From contig CAVWNQ010000003.1 of NCBI GenBank assembly GCA_963756625.1, forward strand, positions 332,102 through 396,101: a stretch of 64,000 bases of DNA. Reading direction: 5' to 3'. Of the stretch, positions 39,028 through 47,209 are shown piece by piece. Each line of letters starts with the position of its first letter. The stretch's first letter is position 1. The position numbers and the translations under genes were made by a program. This stretch comes from an uncultured Acidimicrobiaceae bacterium (GTDB lineage Bacteria; Actinomycetota; Acidimicrobiia; Acidimicrobiales; RAAP-2). The notes beneath the pieces are model-generated. The model had not been told where the DNA came from, did not search any database, and saw nothing but the letters and a program-made list of their open reading frames with translations.

Positions 39028-40011
39028 TCAATCCTCGTATCCGTGAAGATGGCTCGAGTGCCAACTCCACGCGGACCTAAGGACGTCGTCCAGTCCCAGT
39101 TCGGGGATCCAACCGAGGAGATCCCTGGCTCGTTGGTTGTCGGCGAAGAGGGCGACCGGATCGCCCGGACGTCGGGCTGCCAGTTTATGAGGTACCGGCC
39201 GCCCGATGATCGTCTCGGCAGTGGACAGAACCTCCAAAACGGACGAGCCCACGCCTGTCCCGAGGTTCACCACCGCGCTCGATCCTCCCTGTTCGAGATA
39301 CTCGAGTGCCTTCATATGGGCATACGACAGGTCGACCACGTGAACGTAGTCTCGAATGGCGGTCCCATCCGGTGTCGCGTAGTCGGTTCCGAATACCTGC
39401 AGCGGACCGCTTTGGCCGAGTGCGGCTTTCATCAACAGCGGCACCAGATTGATCGTGACGGTCCAGTCCTCGCCTATCGAGCCATCAGGCCAGGCGCCCG
39501 CAGCATTGAAGTAGCGCAGGCTGACCGAGCGCACGCCGACACACCGGTCGAACCATGAGAGAACCCTTTCCGTCATTGCCTTGCTCTCTCCGTAGGGGCT
39601 CTCTGGCCGGACGGGTGCACCCTCTCCCACGGGCGATTCGCCTGGTGTCCCATACACGGCACACGTCGACGAAAAGACGAATCGATCGACGCCCGCGCTG
39701 TGCAAGGTCTCGATCAGCTTCGCGGACTTCGCGACGTTGTTCTCGAAATAGCGCTCCGGCGCAAGCATCGATTCGGCCGGAGACTTGTAAGCCGCGAAAT
39801 GGATGACGGAATCGACGCCGAACTGCTCCACGGTGCGACGAACTTCCTCTTCGTCCCCCACGTCGCCTTCGACCAATGGAACTTCGGCCACAGCTGCCCG
39901 GTGTCCGAACTCCATGGAGTCGAACGCGACGACCTCACGACCGCTCTCGCTGAGCAGTCGCACTGTGTGCGATCCGATGTAGCCCGCGCCACCCGTGACG
40001 AGAATTGTCAT
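39028..40011 (-). CDS. galE: UDP-glucose 4-epimerase
   Basis: MTILVTGGAGYIGSH..., YGESK (YxxxK), RYFNAAG, DGTAIRDYVHVVDL. Confidence 0.9.
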   Translation of the reverse strand: MTILVTGGAGYIGSHTVRLLSESGREVVAFDSMEFGHRAAVAEVPLVEGDVGDEEEVRRTVEQFGVDSVIHFAAYKSPAESMLAPERYFENNVAKSAKLIETLHSAGVDRFVFSSTCAVYGTPGESPVGEGAPVRPESPYGESKAMTERVLSWFDRCVGVRSVSLRYFNAAGAWPDGSIGEDWTVTINLVPLLMKAALGQSGPLQVFGTDYATPDGTAIRDYVHVVDLSYAHMKALEYLEQGGSSAVVNLGTGVGSSVLEVLSTAETIIGRPVPHKLAARRPGDPVALFADNQRARDLLGWIPELGLDDVLRSAWSWHSSHLHGYED

Positions 40012-40267
40012 GACACATCCTTCCTGAAGTGGCGCTCAGCCACCAGCAGCGCTGCCACCCGGCGAACTGGAACTCACCCTCACCAGGTCTGCTACCTGCC
40101 TCAAACCTTCGACCCGAGCGGGTTGCGGCTCCGGCTGGTCGCCTCAGCGGCAGGTCGCCCAAGTCGCTCAGTGCAAAGTGATCACAATGTCACTGGTCCC
40201 GCGTTCGGGACGTTCTCACTAGCCAGATCAGACCAGCAAAGATCTTTGACGAGCGATCAGGTCGGAA

Positions 40268-41449
40268 TCACTTTGGGCTGACCCGTAGCGGCATCGGCCG
40301 GATCTCAACCGAGCTCCAGGGGAAACCGGACAAGGCAGCCCATTCCTCCGGCGTGGCGTCTTGCCATACCCAGAACGACGCGCCGATCGCCCCCGCCCGC
40401 CGGCTTGTGCTCAAGAACTCGGTGATCTCTCCTCCGCTCGGTGAGACGGTCCGGCCGCCGACGCCAGCGAAGTTGAAGGCCTGTCCGATGACGTGCACGG
40501 GTCGGAGCCTCGAGAGGCGGCCGACGTCGAGCGCGGCGTCGGTGCCAGGATCGGTGCATTCCCAGTAGACCATGGGGGCAAACGCATCAACGTATGGCGC
40601 CATCGCCTGATAGGGGTAGCCACCCTCCCAGTTGGCGTCGGTCGGAGGGTAGACGGTGGCCACGACCATCCGACTGCCGGCGGTTTGTCGAACAAGCTCG
40701 AGGTACACGGCCGCCCGCTGGCCGCTCAGCATCACACCCTCGGTCGCCTCCTCGATGTCGGCGCTGTAGCCGTCGATCTGCTGGCCGTCGGGAGCGCGCC
40801 AGTGGAGGACCTGCGCGGTCCACTGGGCGTCACCGACGGGGTCCCACAGGTACGGGAAACCCCACGCGATCACGGCGAGGCCGTGGGCATGGGCCACGGG
40901 CACGAGCGAGTCGAGCTCCTCGGCGCCATAGAAGCCGTTCATCGAGTCACCTACCCGGACCCATAGCTGGTGCAGCCCTGCCGAAACGGCCTGCTGCACG
41001 ATCTCGTCGGCGTCGCCACCGTCAGTGCTGTCCCACTCCCAGATCCACATGCCCTTCCCGGTGAGCGTCGCGATATGTGAGGTCCAGGGTGCCGGCGCCT
41101 CCACCGGCGGAAGAGAGGTTACGAGGACCCCAGGGTGCCACGGCGGCGGTGAGGGCGGGAGCGGCGGGTGCGGAGGCACGGGGCATCCGGCGAGCGCGAC
41201 GTGGCCGGAAGTCATTGGCACCGTGGTGGTGGTCGGCGTGGACCGTGCGACCGGGTGCGCTCGACGTCCTCTCGGCCGCGGCGAAGCGAGCAGCGGTCGC
41301 AGAAGGCGCGAGGGTGCTGAGATGGCGACACGGCTCGAGTCACTCGACGCATCGTGAGGAGTGGAGCCGGACGTCGCGGCGAGCGTTGCCACAGCGGCCA
41401 CTGCAGTTCCGCCGAGCACGACCGATACAGTGGCCCACGAACGCTTCAT
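40268..41449 (-). CDS. Secreted hypothetical protein with a Pro-rich linker and a TIM-barrel-like (putative glycoside-hydrolase-like) domain
   Basis: MKRSWATVSVVLGGTAVAAVATLAA signal, PPHPPLPPSPPPWHP linker, then GMWIWEWDSTDGG...IAWGFPYL...IDGYSADIE...GASFWVWQ. The family call is tentative. Confidence 0.5.
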   Translation of the reverse strand: MKRSWATVSVVLGGTAVAAVATLAATSGSTPHDASSDSSRVAISAPSRLLRPLLASPRPRGRRAHPVARSTPTTTTVPMTSGHVALAGCPVPPHPPLPPSPPPWHPGVLVTSLPPVEAPAPWTSHIATLTGKGMWIWEWDSTDGGDADEIVQQAVSAGLHQLWVRVGDSMNGFYGAEELDSLVPVAHAHGLAVIAWGFPYLWDPVGDAQWTAQVLHWRAPDGQQIDGYSADIEEATEGVMLSGQRAAVYLELVRQTAGSRMVVATVYPPTDANWEGGYPYQAMAPYVDAFAPMVYWECTDPGTDAALDVGRLSRLRPVHVIGQAFNFAGVGGRTVSPSGGEITEFLSTSRRAGAIGASFWVWQDATPEEWAALSGFPWSSVEIRPMPLRVSPK

Positions 41450-41900
41450 CCGATCGGACAAGAGCACGTTCCATTGTCGCGGGCTGGCCTCACCACGCGC
41501 TTGGCAGCTCTACGACACGGCCGATGCTCGGAAGGTCCGTGGCTCACGGCAGGGAGGGAAAGCGACCAAATCGCCTCGTCCCGGCGTTTCTGGGCGACCG
41601 GCCGTTGCGGCGACCCGATCCTGGCATTGACACAGTCACTCTGGCTGCAAGATTCAAAGCGAGGTGGTCTTCCGCTCACCTCTGACCACAACCGATAACC
41701 AGTTCATCCACTTCGTTGCTGATCCGCATATGTCCCGAACATCCTGTGGCCAACCATTTTCATTCCCCGCCTTGGCGGAGGCCTCCCTGGCATCGGAAGG
41801 GCCTAGGCCAAACTACGCCTGAGTCTCTTGGGTCTCGTACTTGGCACCGATTTGCGGATGAGTACCGATCATTAGGTGGACGATGCGGGTAGCTCAAGGA

Positions 41901-42326
41901 TCAGGTAGGAGCGACGCCGATGCGCAAGGGGACGTCACCGAAGGGGTCGAGGTGGTACGCCAGGGAGACCCGGTGGTACCCGTCGGCGATGTCACCACCA
42001 TCACCCGTGGAGACGACGAGAACGGGACTTAGCCGTTTGCCAGAGACGGCGTTGAGCAGGTCACGTCGCACACCGGGGTCGTCCAAAGGTAAGGCCACAA
42101 GGCTGCAAGCACGCAAGATGTCGTTGGCTCGGCGACGAGTAACCTCGGCCTTGCGAAGGCGTCCGATCGCAGTTGCCGCCTGTTTCGCATCGAGTTTGAG
42201 TGACAGATACGCCGATGCGGCGTCAAAGTCGTGGGCGGCCACGTCGTCGAGCCACTGCAAGCCGAGCGATTCGCTGCCCGTGAGGATCGTGCTTCCCTTC
42301 GCCTTCTTTGCATCGTGCTTTGCCAT
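41901..42326 (-). CDS. Hypothetical protein with a ParB/sulfiredoxin-like DGxHR motif
   Basis: AAGGAG RBS, then MAKHDAKKAKGSTILTG...LSPVLVVSTGDGGDIADGYHRVSLAYHLDP. Confidence 0.45.
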   Translation of the reverse strand: MAKHDAKKAKGSTILTGSESLGLQWLDDVAAHDFDAASAYLSLKLDAKQAATAIGRLRKAEVTRRRANDILRACSLVALPLDDPGVRRDLLNAVSGKRLSPVLVVSTGDGGDIADGYHRVSLAYHLDPFGDVPLRIGVAPT

Positions 42327-42673
42327 CTCCCTTCTCCTTTCTTTGGTTGTGACTACGTGGATTCTGTCCACGTGCCGCAGGTCTCTGGCTCCGCTGCGCC
42401 TCCTATCCTCGCCTACCCAACAATGTCTGTCGCAATCGAAATGTCCCATTCCGGCGCGCGGCAAGCAAGCGGACCGCCGGTTCCGGCACAGGACCTCCGC
42501 CAACCACTCGGCAATCTACGGGCCACCCTTGACGGCTACGTGCAGCCTTGGATAGTTCCCGCACCTCGGAGGGCCTTCATTTGCCGCACGCGACGTCTGG
42601 GCACACGGCTCGGGTCAAGCACGGGCCGAGCTGTGGTCAGATGTCGGGACACTGCCTTGACAAGGAGAGGAAT

Positions 42674-42856
42674 ATGTTGGCTGCCGACCCGACGAGTGGA
42701 GGATTTATTGGTCTGTGGGCCGTGATCTACTTCGTGTTGATTGTGACCCTTGGCATAATGTCGATCAGAAAGGGTCATTGGGTGATGTTTCTCATCGGGA
42801 TCTTTTTGCCACTCTTCTGGCTGATTGGCGCACTGATGCCGAAAAGGGTGCGCTGA
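42674..42856 (+). CDS. Small membrane protein (60 aa, 2 TM)
   Basis: AGGAGAGG RBS, then MLAADPTSGGFIGLWAVIYFVLIVTLGIMSIRKGHWVMFLIGIFLPLFWLIGALMP. Confidence 0.45.
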   Translation: MLAADPTSGGFIGLWAVIYFVLIVTLGIMSIRKGHWVMFLIGIFLPLFWLIGALMPKRVR

Positions 42857-43138
42857 CTAGATCATCGGATATCGGCGCTCCCGAACTCCTGCTGCTGTCA
42901 GCCCGTTCAGGGTGGACCGGGCCAGGGCGGGTTCTGTATCCCGGTGCCGGCGATCGCGGACACCTTGTCTCACTGACGTCGGACGGTTGGTTCATCGCTC
43001 GACTCCGCGTCGCCGTCAAACATCCGCTACGTCGTCGTCCGTGCAGCATCGTCAATCGTTATCGATTCGCTGAGCCTGGTCCCTTCCGGCAAGCCGGATC
43101 GTAAGCCCATCGACGAAGCAGGGACGTTGCTTCGAGCG

Positions 43139-44089
43139 TTAGATCACCTCGAATGGACTACGCTCGTCGCGCAGCACCAGCAGCAAGTTGTTTACGGCAC
43201 ATTGCGCCATGGCGCTCCTGGTCTCCCTCGTTGCGGAGCCGATATGGGGAACGATGATAATGTTCGGCGCGTTCAATAGAGGGTCATCGGGGTGTGGCGG
43301 CTCATCCTGAAGCACGTCCAAGCCGGCGCCAGCGATCGTCCCGTCCGTCAACGCCGAGACCAGAGCAGTTTGATCTAACACTCCACCCCGTGATGTGTTC
43401 ACAAGATACGCGGTGGACTTCATCAACTTGAATTCGTCTCGGCCCATCATGTTCCGGGTCTGGGCATTGAGATCAACGTGAAGCGAAACGAAGTCAGCGT
43501 CTGGTAATCCTCTGGCGAGGTCGCCGACCCGCTCAACGTCGTCGGCAACCGGCAGTCCGCTCCGGGTGTCGACGTAGTGCACGTGCATCCTCGCGGCCAA
43601 GGCCCGCCTTGCCACAGCCTGACCAATGCGACCAAATCCCACAAGAAGCAACCTCTTCCCCGCCAGGTCGCTACCTAACGAGACATCATTCCATCGCCCG
43701 CTGACGACGGCGCGCATTCCCTCGGAGATACGTCGGGAGAGCATGACCATTAGCGCCATTGTCAGGTCCGCTACAGCGTCGCTGAGCACCGGGGTAATGG
43801 TGACCACTATCTTCCTCGCCCGCGCTGCGCCAAGATCAATGTGATCAAGTCCGACACTCATCGTGCTGATTACTCGGAGCCTCGGCCCCCATGCCATCAC
43901 ATCTCGGTCAACAATGACATTCGAACTCACCAGAAGGCCCTCGGCATCGGCGAGTGCGGCCTCGAAGACACCATCTTCGGATCTACCAGCGGGTAGCACC
44001 GTGAGGTCATAGGCAGCGAGCAGGTCCACCAAGGACTGGGCTAGCGGCAGTGCGATTACGACCTTTGAGCGCTCGGGTATCGCTGTCAC
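43139..44089 (-). CDS. D-2-hydroxyacid dehydrogenase (glyoxylate/hydroxypyruvate reductase-like)
   Basis: LLLVGFGRIGQAVARR (NAD fold), ...LVNTSRGGVLD..., IIVPHIGSAT. The GTG start overlaps the aldolase stop (GTGA). Confidence 0.85.
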   Translation of the reverse strand: MTAIPERSKVVIALPLAQSLVDLLAAYDLTVLPAGRSEDGVFEAALADAEGLLVSSNVIVDRDVMAWGPRLRVISTMSVGLDHIDLGAARARKIVVTITPVLSDAVADLTMALMVMLSRRISEGMRAVVSGRWNDVSLGSDLAGKRLLLVGFGRIGQAVARRALAARMHVHYVDTRSGLPVADDVERVGDLARGLPDADFVSLHVDLNAQTRNMMGRDEFKLMKSTAYLVNTSRGGVLDQTALVSALTDGTIAGAGLDVLQDEPPHPDDPLLNAPNIIIVPHIGSATRETRSAMAQCAVNNLLLVLRDERSPFEVI

Positions 44090-44874
44090 AGGTACGGAGA
44101 CGTTGCTTCAGGACCAGCACTTGGTCGGACCTGCTGAAGAGCATCTCGGGCACCCAGTCCTAATAGCCTCATGTCAGACGCGACCTCGACCAGTCGAAAC
44201 CCCTGGCGGACTCGTTTTATCGCTGTCTGTGCGTTACCAGCAATGCCCGGTATCACGTCGTGACGATGGCATGCATCGATTACCCGGTCCAAAGCCTCAG
44301 TAAAGCTTTGGTCAAGCTGGTCGGGTGCAGGGCTGAGACCCAGAGAAACGCTCAAGTCCGCTGGCCCCACATAGACGGCGTCGACCCCCGGCGTCGAGAC
44401 GATCTCATCCACGTTATCGACGGCGACCTGGGTCTCAACCATCACGATGCAGGTCACCTCGTGATTGGCGCGATCAAAGTAGTCAGAGCCCGCGTAGTAG
44501 TTCGCTCGGAGTGGCCCATAGCTGCGAGTGCCCGTTGGCGCATAGCGGCATGCCGAGACCGCCGCACTCGCCTCGTCTCGGGAATTCACCATCGGTACGA
44601 TGATCCCCCACGCGCCTGCATCAAGACACTTCCCAATGATGCCCGGCTCGTTCCAAGGAACCCGTACAAGAGGCACGGTGGCTGTTGAGGAGATGCCCTG
44701 AAGCATATGGACCATCTCCGAATAGTCGATCAAGCCGTGTTGCAGATCGATGCAGACCCAGTCGAATCCACAGTGTGCCATGACCTCGGCAGACACACTG
44801 CTCGGCACAGTCAACCACCCACCGAGGGCGGCGCCCTGTTGAGCCCAAATGGCTCGTAACCCGTTTTGACGCAT
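44086..44874 (-). CDS. HpcH/HpaI family aldolase (2-keto-3-deoxy-acid aldolase)
   Basis: GAGGAG RBS. ...GFDWVCIDLQHGLIDY...LVRVPWNEP...IVMVETQVAVDNVDEI...DAVYVGPADLS. Confidence 0.8.
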   Translation of the reverse strand: MRQNGLRAIWAQQGAALGGWLTVPSSVSAEVMAHCGFDWVCIDLQHGLIDYSEMVHMLQGISSTATVPLVRVPWNEPGIIGKCLDAGAWGIIVPMVNSRDEASAAVSACRYAPTGTRSYGPLRANYYAGSDYFDRANHEVTCIVMVETQVAVDNVDEIVSTPGVDAVYVGPADLSVSLGLSPAPDQLDQSFTEALDRVIDACHRHDVIPGIAGNAQTAIKRVRQGFRLVEVASDMRLLGLGARDALQQVRPSAGPEATSPYL

Positions 44875-44968
44875 TGTTTCTCCTCGACAAGTGATCCTAC
44901 GTGCGGCGCCGAGCGAGTTCCTGAAAGGTCCTTATAGTCGTCTGGTCGCTTGACCTGGCAGGACGAGA

Positions 44969-45215
44969 TTGAACCTGCTGGCCCACCCTGCCTCGAAAGC
45001 TGCCCTGAATATGCTGACTATTCAATGGGCCAGGGCTCATCCCCGCTGGCGCGTCAACTCGGCCGCCCCCGGCTTCACGGCCACGGACCTCAATCAGCAC
45101 AGGGGGGCCCAGACCGTTGAGGAGGGTACCGACGAGATAGTCAGGCTGGCTACCTTGGGCTTTCGACGGCCCAACAGGCCCTTTCTCGGATCGCAACGGT
45201 GCCGTACCTTGGTGA
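44969..45215 (+). pseudogene. 3' fragment of an SDR-family oxidoreductase gene (5'-truncated, one frame break)
   Basis: HPASKAALNMLTIQWARAHPRWRVNSAAPGFTATDLN...EEGTDEIVRLATLG, then after a shift FDGPTGPFSDRNGAVPW*. There is no Rossmann N-terminus upstream. Confidence 0.7.
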
Positions 45216-45261
45216 TTCCCGAAACGGGCGAGATGTCTCACCTCCGGCGTTGGCCGCGGAT

Positions 45262-45792
45262 TCAGCGGCGGCGCTGGGCCTGGATGAGGGGAACGCCAAA
45301 CGGCAGGAAAGCCACGATGGCGCCGGCAAGCGCGAGAAAGGCGCCCCATGACCAGCTGAATCCGGCCGGCTTGAGCAAGAAGCCCATCACGACGAGAGCA
45401 ACATTGACCCCGGTGATGAGGACCAGGAGCTGATCCTTGGACAGACGGCCCTGCTCCGCGAGGTCGCCGACGCCGAACGCGGTGATCAGGACGTAGAGCA
45501 CCAGCACAATCGAATTTAGGACCGCGATGAACAGCCAACCGTGCGCGCTGAGTCCATCGGCGGAGAAGGGACCGATGCTGTACCAGGGCAGCCAGAAGGA
45601 CGCCAGGAGGACCAAGGTCGCGGGGCCGGTGACCCGATCCCTAGCACTCAGGGCATTCAGGCGTTGCCGCGACTTCTCGGCCCGCTTGGGCGCCGGTCGA
45701 GGCATGACATATGGCCTGATGGCGGCGCCGCACTTGGGGCAAAGGGCAGTCCCCGGGAACACCTCAACCAGGCAGCGGGAGCAAGCAGGCAT
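45262..45792 (-). CDS. Zinc-ribbon membrane protein (hypothetical)
   Basis: GGAGG RBS. MPACSRCLVEVFPGTALCPKCGA (CxxC...CxxC), then four hydrophobic helices. Confidence 0.55.
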   Translation of the reverse strand: MPACSRCLVEVFPGTALCPKCGAAIRPYVMPRPAPKRAEKSRQRLNALSARDRVTGPATLVLLASFWLPWYSIGPFSADGLSAHGWLFIAVLNSIVLVLYVLITAFGVGDLAEQGRLSKDQLLVLITGVNVALVVMGFLLKPAGFSWSWGAFLALAGAIVAFLPFGVPLIQAQRRR

Positions 45793-46125
45793 CCAACCTC
45801 CTTCCTGCTGTCAGGAACGCGCCTGATCAGGCTACAAGTCGAACCGGGGTGTGACTTGTCCGTTCGAATTCGGAGCACAAGAAGATCAAGTCATCCTTGC
45901 GACCGAAGCCATGGCCAGAACACGCGGCGCAGGAGTTCGCTTGACGCCCGTTACAGCATCAATCGGCCTGCCATCCCGCTCGGCTCGCCCGAACCCGGTG
46001 CTGGCAGGACAGGTACCCTTTTCCAAGATTCACCGGACGGCGCAACGCGCGGGATATTTCGAAATTTCGCGTGGAGTGGTTCTGCTGCCGTAACCGTGCT
46101 CGCCCCATTGAGACATGATGTTCCA

Positions 46126-47034
46126 ATGGATGGCCAAATCCAGCACGTCTCGATCCACGGTCACGACATGGCGTACCGCATGGACGGTAAGGGGCCGGCA
46201 CTCCTACTTCTCCACGGCATCGCCGGTAGCTCTCGGACCTGGCGGGACGTGATACCCCTACTGACCGATTACTTCACCGTGATCGCACCGGACCTCATGG
46301 GTCACGGTCTGTCCGATAAGCCCGTCGGGGATTACTCACTGGGAGCGTTCGCCAGTGGGATCCGTGATCTTCTCGAAGTCCTCGACATCGACCGGGCATC
46401 CGTAGTCGGACAGTCGTTTGGCGGGGGGGTGGCCATGCAGCTCGCCTATCAGCATCCTGAACTTTGCGATCGTCTCGTGCTCGTAGACAGTGGCGGTCTT
46501 GGGCGAGAAGTGAACTGGATGCTTCGATTCATGACGCTGCCGGGAAGCGAGTACTTGATGCCTTTGATCTTCCCGGGGTTCATTCGCAGCTGGGGAGACA
46601 GCCTTTTGCGGTCGATCAACGACCGCGGCATCCGCGTGGGTCGGATCACGGAGATGTGGAGCTCCTACGCGTCGCTGGCCGAGGCCGAGAACCGCCAGGC
46701 GTTCGCCCGCACCATCAGATCCGTCATCGACCCCGGCGGTCAGACGGTGAGCGCAATGGATCGTCTCTACTTGGCCTCCCCGATGCCCACGTTGATCATC
46801 TGGGGGGACAGGGACGACATCATCCCTGTCAGCCACGCGCATGCTGCACACCGAGCCATTCCTGGGTGCCGACTTGTGATTATTGAGGGCGTTGGCCACT
46901 TTCCCCAGATCGAGGCGCCGGAACAGTTCGTCACTGCTCTTGTCGACTTCGTGGACTCAACGGAACCCGCTCATCTTGGCGCCGAGGACCGCCAGCGGAT
47001 GCTCAAAGAGCGATCGGACCCATCCCAGCATTAG
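46126..47034 (+). CDS. Alpha/beta hydrolase
   Basis: LLLLHGIAGSS..., nucleophile elbow GQSFGGG, ...IIEGVGHFPQIEAPEQF. Confidence 0.8.
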   Translation: MDGQIQHVSIHGHDMAYRMDGKGPALLLLHGIAGSSRTWRDVIPLLTDYFTVIAPDLMGHGLSDKPVGDYSLGAFASGIRDLLEVLDIDRASVVGQSFGGGVAMQLAYQHPELCDRLVLVDSGGLGREVNWMLRFMTLPGSEYLMPLIFPGFIRSWGDSLLRSINDRGIRVGRITEMWSSYASLAEAENRQAFARTIRSVIDPGGQTVSAMDRLYLASPMPTLIIWGDRDDIIPVSHAHAAHRAIPGCRLVIIEGVGHFPQIEAPEQFVTALVDFVDSTEPAHLGAEDRQRMLKERSDPSQH

Positions 47035-47209
47035 CGAGTTATTCAGTCAGCGTGCTCGACCCGGGCTGTTCACGACCGCTGGCGGCGACTCTGGACCGCT
47101 AGGTATGGGTAGAAGAAAACGTGGCTTTGACTCCTTGGCTCGAGTGTCAACGAAAGGGCGCGTCATTCGGAGTCTGCCGCCAAGATTTCGCTTCGCTACG
47201 ATCCGCGTC

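Noticed and set aside
46053-46062. The palindrome ATTTCGAAAT upstream of the alpha/beta hydrolase as an operator
   Set aside because: It is only 10 bp and AT-rich with no second copy and no adjacent regulator gene, so chance occurrence is plausible.
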